Origin: Spirochaetia bacterium
Lineage (GTDB): Bacteria; Spirochaetota; Spirochaetia; DSM-16054; Sediminispirochaetaceae
Assembly: GCA_034520965.1 (NCBI GenBank)
Contig: JAXHMY010000001.1
Span: forward strand, 1,024,001 to 1,088,000
Reading direction: 5' to 3'
Length of the DNA stretch: 64,000 nt
Shown here one piece after another: positions 10,693 to 21,500 of this stretch. The notes beneath the pieces were generated by a model that was not told where the DNA came from, made no database searches, and saw only the letters and a list, made by a program, of their open reading frames with translations. Numbering within the stretch: the stretch's first letter is position 1; every line of letters starts with the position of its first letter. The position numbers and the translations under genes are program-made.

Positions 10693-10953
10693 ATGTTACG
10701 TAGAGTATTAGCACAAATTATGGGCGGGGGCGCCATACAATATAAGGAGATATCTAAAACTTTAGATATACCGGAAGGAATGGTTCATCAAATGGTCTGG
10801 GAGCTACAGCGCCTGGGGTACCTCCAGAAAACGATGGACGACTGCGGCGAGTTCACATGTTCCGGCTGTTCCATGGGCTGCGGAGAGAAAACGCCCCTCC
10901 AGCATGCCCTCACCCTCACCGAAAAGGGTCAGCGCTTTCTACAAAACGCTTAA
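10693..10953 (+). CDS. FeoC-like winged-helix protein with Cys cluster
   Basis: wHTH-like N-terminus followed by C-x4-C-x2-C-x3-C (CGEFTCSGCSMGC); next to feoA/feoB. Confidence 0.75.
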   Translation: MLRRVLAQIMGGGAIQYKEISKTLDIPEGMVHQMVWELQRLGYLQKTMDDCGEFTCSGCSMGCGEKTPLQHALTLTEKGQRFLQNA

Positions 10954-11037
10954 AGCCTACGCACAGCACGATGCACGATTAAACTCAGTACGCTAAGCAA
11001 GCCGGGATCTCTGTCTCCGAGGGCGGATAGAGGCTTA

Positions 11038-11274
11038 TCACTCGTTGAGCGGGCTGACCCGCACTTTGCCGGCTAATCCGGTACCCACCACCAGCCTTGA
11101 CCCATGGTGCTCTATTATCAGCGGCCCATTTCCGTCATTTTGAGTTACAGTGAGGTGCTCTCCCGGAATAATTCCAAGATCCATAAGTTTTGAACGGGCC
11201 ATCCGTCCTCCGCTGATAGCCACTACACGAAGTGCGGATCCGCGGTGCATTTGATCGAGTGTGTATATATCCAT
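11038..11274 (-). CDS. feoA: FeoA family protein
   Basis: KLMDLGIIPG and GPLII...GLAGKVRV FeoA pattern. Confidence 0.88.
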   Translation of the reverse strand: MDIYTLDQMHRGSALRVVAISGGRMARSKLMDLGIIPGEHLTVTQNDGNGPLIIEHHGSRLVVGTGLAGKVRVSPLNE

Positions 11275-11359
11275 TTAACACGCTAATAGTGGCAGTAATA
11301 TGAAGCTGATGTCAATGTGGAAACCGGAGATTCGGATTAAGCCTTCTTGTTAAACCTTC

Positions 11360-11388
11360 TTGACAAATTAGAAGCATCTATTTAAATT
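11360..11388 (+). promoter_or_regulatory. Sigma70-type promoter of feoAB
   Basis: TTGACA (11360-11365), 17-nt spacer, TAAATT (11383-11388). Confidence 0.6.
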
Positions 11389-11439
11389 ATATTAGGCTAC
11401 CGTTAGGTAGTATCTGATACCGACATCGGAGGCGTATGA

Positions 11440-11772
11440 ATGTTGCACACAGCCAGTCATCAGCATTCAAACTTGTCTTTCTTTCCCGGCTATGATACTT
11501 TTCATACCAAGGACAACAACATTATGAATACCCCCTTAAGTCTCTGCCGCGAAGGCGACCGGGTAACAATAAAAAAACTCACGGGCCATGGCGGCTTTAA
11601 AAAACGGCTGCTTGATCTCGGTTTTCGTAAAGGCAAAGAACTTACTGTGGTCCGTTACGCTCCTCTGCGTGACCCGATGGAGGTAAATTTATCCGGCAGC
11701 CATATTTCACTGCGAGTGGAAGAGGCCGATCATATCGAAGTTACCCCCACATCTGCATCACATGGCGAATAA
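11440..11772 (+). CDS. feoA: FeoA family protein with possible His-rich N-terminal extension
   Basis: RLLDLGF, RYAPLRDPMEV, LRVEEA; GGAGG 7 nt before ATG 11440; alternative start at 11524. Confidence 0.9.
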   Translation: MLHTASHQHSNLSFFPGYDTFHTKDNNIMNTPLSLCREGDRVTIKKLTGHGGFKKRLLDLGFRKGKELTVVRYAPLRDPMEVNLSGSHISLRVEEADHIEVTPTSASHGE

Positions 11773-13939
11773 CCAAGTACCCCTCACCGACTCATATACC
11801 TTCGCCCTCACCGGGAATCCCAACTGCGGCAAAACCTCCATCTTTAACGAGATTACCGGTGCAAACCAGAAAGTCGGCAATTGGGGCGGGGTAACGGTAG
11901 ATGTAAAAACCGGGAGTATTCGAAGAACAGGGGCAAAACTCTACTTCACCGATATCCCCGGAACCTACTCCCTAAGTGCCTATACTATGGAAGAAATAGT
12001 GGCCCGTGATTACATTATAAACGGAAATACGGATGTAATTATCGATGTGCTCGATTCCACTAACCTGGAGCGAAACCTCTATCTGGCGGTACAGCTGATC
12101 GAGCTGGGCAAGCCGCTGGTGCTGGCCTTTAATATGTACGATGAGCTCACCCGATCCGGCACCCGGGTCGACACTGAACAACTGAGCCATCTGCTGGGCG
12201 CCCCCATCTGCTTTACCGTCGGACGCACCGGCAAGGGGATCGATACTCTGCTGGATACCGCAGTTCAAGTAGCAAAAGACAGCTATCCCAAGAAGCACAC
12301 GGTGAACGTCCAGTATGGTCCGGAACTTGAAGCAGCCATTGAGAAACTGAGTTCACTACTTGAGCAAATCGACTTTGACCGGCGGGGTATTGAGATGCGC
12401 TGGTATGCCCTTAAGCTGTTAGAAGGGGATGAGGTTATTACCAAGCAGGTACAGGAGCTCTCCGGCAGCGAGGCAGTACTTGCAGAGCAGCAAGTACAAA
12501 TGGAGCGGATTGAAGCACTCTACCACGAAGATGCAGCCACCCTTATTAGCGAAAAGCGCTACGGCTTTATACTCGGGGCAATGGGAGAAACGGTAAAGCG
12601 GGCTCCGGTAGACCGAATCGGTTTGTCCGAGAAAATTGACGGCATCATGACCAACCGCTTTCTGGCCTACCCTATATTTGCCGCCTTTATGTGGCTGCTG
12701 TTTCAGGCCACCTTTACCCTGGGAGCTTACCCAATGGAGTGGTTTGAGTCCGGTGTCGGCTGGCTTTCAGAGACTCTCCAGGCAGCCATGAACCCTTCCA
12801 TGTTCCGCAGCTTACTGGTCGACGGCATAATAGGCGGGGTCGGCGGAGTTCTGGTATTTTTGCCGAATATTTTAATACTCTTCTTCGGTATCTCCATTCT
12901 TGAGGATACCGGATATATGGCGCGAATTGCATTTATCATGGATAAAATGATGCACCGGATCGGGCTGCACGGGAAAAGTTTTATTCCTTTGATCATGGGA
13001 ATTGGCTGTAACGTACCGGCCATTATGGCCGCCCGCACCCTGGAGTCTAACCGCGACCGAATATTGACAATATTAATCGCACCGCTGATTAGCTGCAGCG
13101 CCCGCTTGCCGGTGTACATTCTGTTTGCGGGCACCTTTTTCCCCCGGAACGCCGGCAATATAATTTTCATACTCTACTTTTTCAGCTTTTTCTTTGCTTT
13201 CTTCATGGGCTTCCTGTTCAAGAAAAACCTGTTTAAAGGTGAAGAGTTTCCCTTTGTAATGGAACTGCCCCCCTACCGTGTACCGACCCTCAAAAGCGCC
13301 CTGATTCACATGTGGGAGAAGGGTAAACATTATCTGCAGAAAATGGGGGGAGTGGTGCTGATCTTCTCAATTGTAATCTGGTTCTTAAGCAACTTTCCGG
13401 TACAAACAGAAGTAGCCCAGCAGTACGACCGGCAGATCGACGACCTCGAAACCCGTATAGAACAGACTTATAGCGAAAGCTCGGTAGAGCGGTTGAGCTA
13501 TGAGCTTGAAGAACTTCGGACCGAGAAACACCGGGAAATTATGAAAAACACCTATATCGGCAAATCCGGCAGGCTGATAGAGCCGGTCCTCCGGCCGCTG
13601 GGATTCGACTGGCGAATGGGTGTAAGCCTGATAACCGGTTTTATTGCGAAAGAGGTGGTGGTAAGCACCCTGGGGGTGCTGTTTACGGTAGGCGGCGAGG
13701 CCGATGAAGAGTCGCAGATGCTGCAAAACGCCCTGCGCCGGGCCTATACCCCACTGACAGGCCTGGCCTTCCTGTTCTTTGTGATGCTGTACACCCCTTG
13801 CATTGTGGCCTTGGTCACCTTGATACGGGAAGTACAGTCCTGGAAGTGGTCGCTGTTCTCGTTAGGCTATCAAATTGCACTGGCCTGGATGATTGCCTTC
13901 CTGGTGCGTTGGGGTGGAATTACACTGGGCTTTTCCTAG
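11762..13939 (+). CDS. feoB: Ferrous iron transporter FeoB
   Basis: GNPNCGKT, DIPG, NMYD G-motifs; LEDTGYMARIAF, GCNVPA, SCSARLP, MELPPYR, LYTPC. Confidence 0.97.
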   Translation: MANNQVPLTDSYTFALTGNPNCGKTSIFNEITGANQKVGNWGGVTVDVKTGSIRRTGAKLYFTDIPGTYSLSAYTMEEIVARDYIINGNTDVIIDVLDSTNLERNLYLAVQLIELGKPLVLAFNMYDELTRSGTRVDTEQLSHLLGAPICFTVGRTGKGIDTLLDTAVQVAKDSYPKKHTVNVQYGPELEAAIEKLSSLLEQIDFDRRGIEMRWYALKLLEGDEVITKQVQELSGSEAVLAEQQVQMERIEALYHEDAATLISEKRYGFILGAMGETVKRAPVDRIGLSEKIDGIMTNRFLAYPIFAAFMWLLFQATFTLGAYPMEWFESGVGWLSETLQAAMNPSMFRSLLVDGIIGGVGGVLVFLPNILILFFGISILEDTGYMARIAFIMDKMMHRIGLHGKSFIPLIMGIGCNVPAIMAARTLESNRDRILTILIAPLISCSARLPVYILFAGTFFPRNAGNIIFILYFFSFFFAFFMGFLFKKNLFKGEEFPFVMELPPYRVPTLKSALIHMWEKGKHYLQKMGGVVLIFSIVIWFLSNFPVQTEVAQQYDRQIDDLETRIEQTYSESSVERLSYELEELRTEKHREIMKNTYIGKSGRLIEPVLRPLGFDWRMGVSLITGFIAKEVVVSTLGVLFTVGGEADEESQMLQNALRRAYTPLTGLAFLFFVMLYTPCIVALVTLIREVQSWKWSLFSLGYQIALAWMIAFLVRWGGITLGFS

Positions 13940-13975
13940 AGCCCGGATTCCAGTTCGCATATCCAGTTTGCAGCT

Positions 13976-14959
13976 TTAGAGCACAGATTGCAGGTCGCGG
14001 ATCATTGCAATGTCCCGCATACGAATTATAGCCTTGTTCTGTATCTGACGAACCCGCTCCCTAGTAATACCCAGTATCTTGCCGATTTCTTCAAGAGTGA
14101 GAGGGCTGTATCCGGACAACCCGAAGCGTAGGGTAATAATCTTCCGCTCTCGCTCGCTTAACTCGTCCATGGAGCGGTCCAGTATATCCTGCAGGTTCAG
14201 ATAGAACATGCTGTCAAAGGGCTCTTCATAATCCTCGCTAAAGACCAAGTCCGAGAGGGTTGTCACGTTTTCATCATCCACCGTCACGTCCAATGAGGCA
14301 GTCTCGCCGGAATATATCATTATATTCTCGACATGTTCGGAGGTTGTATCCATGTATTCGGCAATTTCTTCATAGTTCGGCTCCCGCCCATATTCCTGGG
14401 TAAGGTGCTTCGCAACTGAGAAGGTCTTGCGGATTATATTCAATACATGAATCGGAATACGGATAGTGCGTCCCTTATCGGCGATCGATTTAATAACCGC
14501 CTGTTGAATCCACCAGGTACCATAGGTGGAAAACTTACATTTACGAGTGTAGTCAAACCGCTCGACAGCCTCAATCAGACCAATATTTCCCTCATCTATC
14601 AAATCCAGCAAGCTCAAGCCGCGGTGCTGATATTTCTTGGCAATTGAGACTACCAGGCGCAAATTCGAGGTGATCATCCGGTTACGGTAATACTCAAGTG
14701 CCCCTTCAAGCTCCTTTTTGGCTGCCAGGTACTCCGGTCGCTGGACCTGTCCTGTGTGGTACTCCTCGTCCAGCTCGTTCAATCCGTTCTTATAGGTCTG
14801 GATATACTCACCTATCTCAAGCTCTTCACTCTTAGAGAGAAGCGGATAGGAGGCGATCTGCTTTAGATAGAGGGACAGTGGATCCATTTCGTATCCAGTA
14901 TCAGCGCTTGAATATAAATCGACATCTGCCGAGTTTTCTGTGTAGAGTTCATCTACCAT
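13976..14959 (-). CDS. rpoS: Group 2 sigma70 factor (RpoS-like, no region 1.1)
   Basis: DPLSLYLKQI, NLRLVVSIAKKY, FSTYGTWWI, RTIRIPIH, TLEEIG..ITRERVRQI. Confidence 0.8.
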   Translation of the reverse strand: MVDELYTENSADVDLYSSADTGYEMDPLSLYLKQIASYPLLSKSEELEIGEYIQTYKNGLNELDEEYHTGQVQRPEYLAAKKELEGALEYYRNRMITSNLRLVVSIAKKYQHRGLSLLDLIDEGNIGLIEAVERFDYTRKCKFSTYGTWWIQQAVIKSIADKGRTIRIPIHVLNIIRKTFSVAKHLTQEYGREPNYEEIAEYMDTTSEHVENIMIYSGETASLDVTVDDENVTTLSDLVFSEDYEEPFDSMFYLNLQDILDRSMDELSERERKIITLRFGLSGYSPLTLEEIGKILGITRERVRQIQNKAIIRMRDIAMIRDLQSVL

Positions 14960-15057
14960 AATTTTCCCCTTACCGGAACTATTTTGCAGGTTAACTATGC
15001 AACGGGTTTTTGTATATCACAATAAGGTTGTTTTGAGTCTTCCTATAGGGGAATCCC

Positions 15058-17064
15058 CTATATAGAACGTTCAAGGACCAGGAGGTTCATATCTACCTTC
15101 TCTTCGGCCGTAACCTCAACTCCGTTCACCCTGCAGGTGTGTATATGGGAGGGGACTTTCAGGTATATTGTTCCCGGGTTGCGGGTATCGGGATGGATTG
15201 AGTAGGAAATCCCTTCCCGGGTAACCTGAAAACCGACCACTTCTGAACCGGGCAGCAGCTGCCCGGTTGAACCGGCTACCGCATAGGCGTCGCTGCCGAC
15301 ATGCAGAAAACAGCGGGAGGAGTGGGGAGGGAGCATTATACTGTCGCCGTTCGTAAAGCCCTCGAGGGATGAATAGTAGAGCCCCGGTGCCGGCGACTGC
15401 TCTACCGCATGGTTTTCCAGGTTATGGAACAGCACATACTCACGCTCTTCAAGCTGAAAACGGGCCATATGGCAATTGGCCTGCTGGAGCACCAGAGGTC
15501 TGAGGGGAAACTGCGACAGATACAGCTGCAGCTCCTCACGGCTGTACTCCATGGGATTATCACTGGTGAATTGAAGTCCGCCATACACCCGGTTCACCAA
15601 AAATAGTGTGTACTGCTCTTCGCGGCTCAGTTTATGCCGCTCCGTCCGCAGGATAGAGACATCAGGGTCGCTTACAAAAGCCCGCCCATTCAGTCTGCGA
15701 CGGCCGATAGTACTTACCAGAGAGTTTACCGTAGAGACCCGTTCCCGATATCCCACCAGCTTTAGTCGGTGGTCCTCCCAGGTCGGAGCTACGTCGGCCC
15801 CGATCCGGCAATAGTCCATTCGCCCTGCAGCCGGAGCCAAAGGAACCCCGCAGCCAAGGGTCGCCGCATCTGCGCTTAAGCGGTGGAGCAGTTTCATGGC
15901 ATCATCCATGATCATACCGCGGCTGCGCCCGGAATGGGGCACCCGAGCCGCCGCGTAGAGAAAATCTAGCTTCAGAAAGCGAAAACCCCATACATCGATT
16001 ACCCGGTGAAAAACCTCCTGCAGATACTCCCGCACTGCAGGCAGGTATATATCGAGGGCATAAAAACGTCCCCTCCATTGAAAGGGGTTGTAGCCAAGCA
16101 GGAGAGGCCCGGCGTTTTCATCCTGCACACACCATTCGGGATGGTTCTGAAAGGTATGAGAATATTCTTCCACAATGAAGGGGGCCAGCCACAATCCGGG
16201 AGTAAATCCGGCAGAGGAGATCTCTGTGGCCAAGTCCTGCATCCGGCCGTCAAAACTGTTGTCAGTCTCCAGCCAATCGCCGATTGCCCTTTCCCAGCCG
16301 TCGTCAATTTGAAACACCTGGATCGGAATGTCCAGGTGCCGAAAGGCACGCAGGTTTTCGCGTACAATATCCGCAGTAATTGCCGCATAATGCTGATACC
16401 AGCTGGTCCAGCCGCCGACAAAGGGAGCGGTACTACGAAGATTCATTGCCTTAAAATAAGTATCAAATACCTCAGCTTCATCTCCGTGAGTTATGAACAG
16501 CTGCAGTAGCGGTGCCGACTTGTTCAGCTGCAGGCCCTCACATTCACGCTCAATCCGCAGCACCGAGCGCTCTCGATACCAATAAAAGCGGGTATAGCCC
16601 AGCCTCTCCGACAGACTGCCTATAAACAGCAGTTCTTCCGCATTGGAAAAATAGAAATGGGAGTAGCCATGAACATGCCCGGGACTATATTCTGTAAAAC
16701 TATAGTCACCGTATTTATCAAGGTGATATTTATTGATCCAGGGAATAAAGATGCGCCGCAGCCCCCTCATTCCCTCGTCGCATTTCCACTCCCGGCTCTC
16801 CGTCCAGCTTTGAAACCCATTCATGTACACGCGATCTACCTGGTCGTGGGGAATCCAGCGTTCGATGAAAAAACTCTGCAATGTTACAGCCCTACGGGGT
16901 TCTCCCCTCAAGCTGAGAACCGAAAAATTGTCTCCTTCAGACCACTCCTTACGCACCCGGATGTCAGTATTCTCGTCCACCCCGTCTTCATGTATAGCTA
17001 ACTCTTTTAACGCTCCGCTCTCGCTAAGCTGATAGACAAGCCGCCCTTTCCACCCCTTTCGCAT
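15058..17064 (-). CDS. Alpha-galactosidase-like glycoside hydrolase (GH36)
   Basis: GWTSWY, FQIDDGW, GLWLAPF, KLDFLY, CRIGADV, SDPD. Confidence 0.88.
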   Translation of the reverse strand: MRKGWKGRLVYQLSESGALKELAIHEDGVDENTDIRVRKEWSEGDNFSVLSLRGEPRRAVTLQSFFIERWIPHDQVDRVYMNGFQSWTESREWKCDEGMRGLRRIFIPWINKYHLDKYGDYSFTEYSPGHVHGYSHFYFSNAEELLFIGSLSERLGYTRFYWYRERSVLRIERECEGLQLNKSAPLLQLFITHGDEAEVFDTYFKAMNLRSTAPFVGGWTSWYQHYAAITADIVRENLRAFRHLDIPIQVFQIDDGWERAIGDWLETDNSFDGRMQDLATEISSAGFTPGLWLAPFIVEEYSHTFQNHPEWCVQDENAGPLLLGYNPFQWRGRFYALDIYLPAVREYLQEVFHRVIDVWGFRFLKLDFLYAAARVPHSGRSRGMIMDDAMKLLHRLSADAATLGCGVPLAPAAGRMDYCRIGADVAPTWEDHRLKLVGYRERVSTVNSLVSTIGRRRLNGRAFVSDPDVSILRTERHKLSREEQYTLFLVNRVYGGLQFTSDNPMEYSREELQLYLSQFPLRPLVLQQANCHMARFQLEEREYVLFHNLENHAVEQSPAPGLYYSSLEGFTNGDSIMLPPHSSRCFLHVGSDAYAVAGSTGQLLPGSEVVGFQVTREGISYSIHPDTRNPGTIYLKVPSHIHTCRVNGVEVTAEEKVDMNLLVLERSI

Positions 17065-17067
17065 ACT

Positions 17068-17451
17068 CTATCTCTGCTCCACTATTCCTGCGAGGGAAGT
17101 AAACCTGTCTTCAATTATCTGCAGCTGCTCTTCACACAAGCCCACGTGCTTCTCCGCGGCCGCTTTCTCTAATTTCACGGCCGGCTCAGCCAGGCCGTAA
17201 ATTCTCAAATTCGTGGCGGTACCCTTAAGCCGATGGGCGTAGGCAACCAGATTCTTCCAATCCTGCTGTGCCAGGCAGCCCTTTAAGGGCTCCACATAAT
17301 GGGCCCTATCCTGCAAAAACTGCTGCACCAGTTCCAGGATGGTATTCTTGTCGATCAAAAGCGCATCCCGGGCCGCATCGAGGTCCAACCACTCACAGTT
17401 GTCGACTGGAGCATCGGAGGTAACATCAAATTTTTTGTTTTCCATCCTCAT
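17068..17451 (-). CDS. Stand-alone Hpt domain protein
   Basis: AHRLKGTATNL phospho-His motif; LEKAA. Confidence 0.88.
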   Translation of the reverse strand: MRMENKKFDVTSDAPVDNCEWLDLDAARDALLIDKNTILELVQQFLQDRAHYVEPLKGCLAQQDWKNLVAYAHRLKGTATNLRIYGLAEPAVKLEKAAAEKHVGLCEEQLQIIEDRFTSLAGIVEQR

Positions 17452-17589
17452 ACCTTTTTTGAATATGTACTATTCTCTTAATATATCCTATTGAATCCCA
17501 GAAATCACTGTCAAGGAAAGCACTCCTCAAGGCCCTTGAGCGTTAACTTTATTATACTAAAAATCAGTAATGGAGAAGCACAGAAGACC

Positions 17590-18537
17590 TTAGTCGCGTG
17601 CCCGGTGGCGACGTTTTTGAACCCACATAAGCAATGCTCCGCCGAGGATCATCAAAAAGTTGAGAATTTGACCGGTAGTAAAATTCCATGGAGAAAGAAA
17701 CAAAGCCTGCGGATATGCCTCTGCAGCCAGCTGGATAGGGTAGCCAATGCCTATATCCGGTTCCCGGAAATACTCAATAATAAAACGCACAAATCCATAC
17801 CCGATTATGTAAATCCCTAGAAGTTGTCCGTTATATTTTTTGCGTAAACGAAAAATAAACCAGAGCAGCACCCACAGTACAATCCCCTCAAAAAAGGCCT
17901 CATACAACTGCGACGGATGGCGGGGCAGCTGAACCATCTGGCCGGACTCGTAGGAGATGCCCACCTGGTCGGCTACCCTGCGGACCCATTCGTTACGGGT
18001 AGAAAAGGCGGGGGCCTGGGGAAAAATCATCCCTATAGGGCTGGTGGTAACCCGGCCCCACAACTCGCCGTTGATAAAATTACCAAGCCGGCCGAAGGTG
18101 TAACCCAGCGGAATACCGGCTACTGCCAAATCGGTAATCCGCAGAAAGTTGAACTTTTTTATCCGGCAGTACGTGTATCCGCCGATGACCGCACCAATTA
18201 AACCGCCATGATAACTCATCCCCTGCAAACCCACCAAGTTCATCTGTTCATCAAAGGGCCAGAAAACCATCCACGGCTTTTGCAGATAGTATCCGGTTGG
18301 ATCGTACACTATAGTGGCAAAAACCCGAGCCCCTAACAGCAAGCCCAGGATAGTCCAGAAAAAGAGGTTCATTGTATCATCATCGCTTATCTCCAGGGTA
18401 TCCCGCTTCACTTGATAACGGAACAATGCATAAGTGATGCCGAATGCAACCAGATACATCACCCCGTACCAGTGAAAGGGCAGCCCCGGAATAATTACCG
18501 GGCTAATCCATTCGGGGTATTGTATATATGCGGGCAT
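17590..18537 (-). CDS. lgt: Prolipoprotein diacylglyceryl transferase
   Basis: WYGVMY, GMSYHGG, GRLGNFINGELWGR, RHPSQLYE, EYFREPD. Confidence 0.97.
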   Translation of the reverse strand: MPAYIQYPEWISPVIIPGLPFHWYGVMYLVAFGITYALFRYQVKRDTLEISDDDTMNLFFWTILGLLLGARVFATIVYDPTGYYLQKPWMVFWPFDEQMNLVGLQGMSYHGGLIGAVIGGYTYCRIKKFNFLRITDLAVAGIPLGYTFGRLGNFINGELWGRVTTSPIGMIFPQAPAFSTRNEWVRRVADQVGISYESGQMVQLPRHPSQLYEAFFEGIVLWVLLWFIFRLRKKYNGQLLGIYIIGYGFVRFIIEYFREPDIGIGYPIQLAAEAYPQALFLSPWNFTTGQILNFLMILGGALLMWVQKRRHRARD

Positions 18538-18553
18538 ATCTCACTCCTTTTTC

Positions 18554-21500
18554 TCATTCGCTGCAACTACCTAGGCGTCCGTCTTTCTGATTAAACTCGA
18601 TGCTGATATTTTTTTCAGGCTTTAAGGCTTCATAAAAGCGGCCGTGGCTTTCGATTACCACCCCGGGATACAGGGTACCGCGAATTACTATCTTTGAACT
18701 GAAATGCTCCTCGTAGCGCTCCCGCAGGGTAAACAGACGCATGCTTCGCTTTTCTATCATTTTCAGACTCTTCAGCTTCTCCTGACGTATCTTCTCCAGC
18801 TGTCTGCGCTGCCCCTGCTCCTCATGCCGCTTCATCTCCATGTCCAGGGAGGTGACCCTCTGCTTCAGATTCTCTATCTCTTTTTCGTGCTGTTCGATTT
18901 GATCGGCCACCAGGTAATCCTGCCCAAAGGAGATAACCGTGTGAGTTTCCTTATCGTTTCCTATATTCTGAACCTCAAGCCCGTGTTTCGAGAAGGTCTT
19001 TCCACCGATCAAGCTGCCCTTCTCGGTCGTCAGACGCAAGACTCCATTACATTTCACCTGACAGCGCAAACAATTGTTGCGCAGCCGAATGTCGCCTACC
19101 GACAGAAGAGTTCCCTCCTCTACAAACATCGCCTCAATATCTTGCTTTGCCCGGATAACCGCCTTATTGCCGCCGATAATTCCCTGGGCAACCTTGATTG
19201 AATTGCCCGCAGACAGCAAGGCCCCCTCCACAGTTCCGGCAACCAGAATATCGCCGCCGGCCATCACAAAAAAACCACGCTGCACGTTGCCGGCAATCTC
19301 TACCGTGCCGGGAAACTTTATATTTCCGCAGTGCATATCCACATTCCCTTTTACCCGATGATGGACATGCACCCCAATGCTTTTTCCGTCATATTCCAAT
19401 TCGCCGCTTTTTTCAGCATACAGCAGTACAGTACCGTCGTCTTTTTCTTCACGGCGGATATTGTCGCCCACTTGAATTTCAACTCCCTCCCTGCCCTTGG
19501 CCTGAACCTCCTCACCACACACATTCCAACCGGCCTGCATACCTGCTCCGGCCGGCGGAACCTCTGCGATCAACTGGTTTTCCTCTACCGCAGTAATATC
19601 GTCATGCGACCGAAAATCGGCCTGCCCGGTTTTATCAATTTTTACCTGCTCACCACTGGCAAGCTGTACATGGAATTTTATTTTACCGGTATTCTTACTT
19701 TCGACCGGAGGGTTCCCCTCGGCAATTTCTCGGTTCTCTACCCCTTGCCCCTGTTTTGCCTCCAGAATCGCATCGCTGAGAGCAGAGCTGTCGATGCCCT
19801 TCACCACCTTGTGTTCCTCCAGCTTCTCGCTGACCCTGTTGATCGTCAGGGGAGGGGCAAAACCGCGGGCCTCTTCTAAAGAGATGAAGGCGGCCATCTT
19901 GTCCGGAGCAAGCTCCACCTCTATTTTCGCCTCGCGGTAGGGGCGAACTCGAAGCATCACACTCTGTTCACCGTCAACTACGTCAAGAATACCGGTTTCC
20001 TGGGCTACCAGCTGATCATCCTTCAGCAGCACATTTTCCTGCAGCGACATGGGAGGGTCATTCCCCGGAAGTCCGGGCAAAACCTTGCCGTAAATATCGA
20101 CCCCCTCCTCACCGGTATCGGTAGAGGTGATCTCCGCCACGATATTGCCGTTCTTTACATAGGCCATCCGTGAGACCACCGTCAGGGGGTAGTCGCTCAA
20201 ACTCGGAATAAGCTCCGCTGCGGAGCCGGCAGCCTCATCTGAAGGCTCCGCGGCAGGGTCGGGAGCAGCCTCGGCAGCGAGCTCATTCAGAAGGCTCGTC
20301 AGAATGCTCGTTAGAATGCTCATTAGAAGGCTCGGCCGTTTCCTGCAGCAGGGTATCCTGCTGCCGGGTCTCACGCTCATCATCACTCATAAAGCGGCAG
20401 CTGAACTCCAGACTGCGGTCAGAGCCTCGGGTCGGGGCTTGCCCCTCGACCAGCACATACTCTTCCAGCTTCAGTTGACGGCTGCGATAAAAAGAGACGA
20501 GATCCTCTTTAATTTTATCAAAGTCCATCCCCTTAAAGCCGCTTTTTTTTATGGCAGCTCCAATTTCCTTCAGCACCAGAGGCTTCCCATGTCCGCTGCC
20601 CTTCTCTGCGGACAAGAAGCCCTTTAGATGGTCCGAACTTGCCTCCACCTTGAACCAGCCGTCCCGGTCTTTCGTGATAGGTACATCCTTGAGGGGCTTC
20701 TGCCGCTGAACAGACACTGTTATCATTTGAGTGATCTTTTGGGCCGAAACCAACTCCTCATCACTGAACTGTTTCTGTTTTGCCGCCGCCACTATCTGCT
20801 CGGCCTTCGGCGGCCGGGCGTCTTTCTTCCCCGGAGAGAACTGCAGCAGACAGGTGGCCTGATCCTTAGAGACGGTCATTTCCCATTTGTGATGCTGAAA
20901 TGGCAAGACCTCTACCCAATTTTTTCCACGCCGTACAAACCCGGAATGGCTTGCATACAAAGCTTCGGCAGTTTCCTTTACCCCCCGTCCGGGGTACACT
21001 TTATCAGTGGATGTCTCCGGGATAGGAAGGGGTTTTCCGTAGACCGAGCGGCCAAGAACTCCCTCGCCCTCATTGTGGATTTCAGCAATAAGCGCCTCGG
21101 CCTCTGCCCAACCGGTTTCAATTACCTGGTGATCCACCTGGACCGGCTCTTCCGTCACACGGGTTTCCCACTTTTTCACGGTCTCCTGCTTCGGCTTACC
21201 AAAGGGAAGGTTGCTTTTTTTCTGTACCTGTTTTTCTACCTGAACCCGCTCATGCTTTTTTGTAGTAATATGCGGTTCAGAGGCCTTCTGGAGAATCCAG
21301 TCAGCATCCTGCTGCAGCTCTTCGGGCACCGGCTGCAGCTTCCAAATGTATTCTGGAGACGCGGGGGGCCGGGGTGGAGTACCTTGGGCTATAACCTGAG
21401 TGACTGTCTCCTCACTCGCATGGTCAAACTGCTCAACAGCGGAAGCGAGGGCCTCTTCGTTGACCCCTTCCACAATCCCCTTTTCTTCAAGCAGCTTCTT

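Noticed and set aside
11436..11495. 19-aa uORF as a feo leader peptide
   Set aside because: GGAGG is only 3 nt from this ATG but 7 nt from ATG 11440; no telling residue run.
14960..15057. Sigma54 promoter for the rpoS-like gene
   Set aside because: No GG-N10-GC with TGGCAC/TTGC context found.
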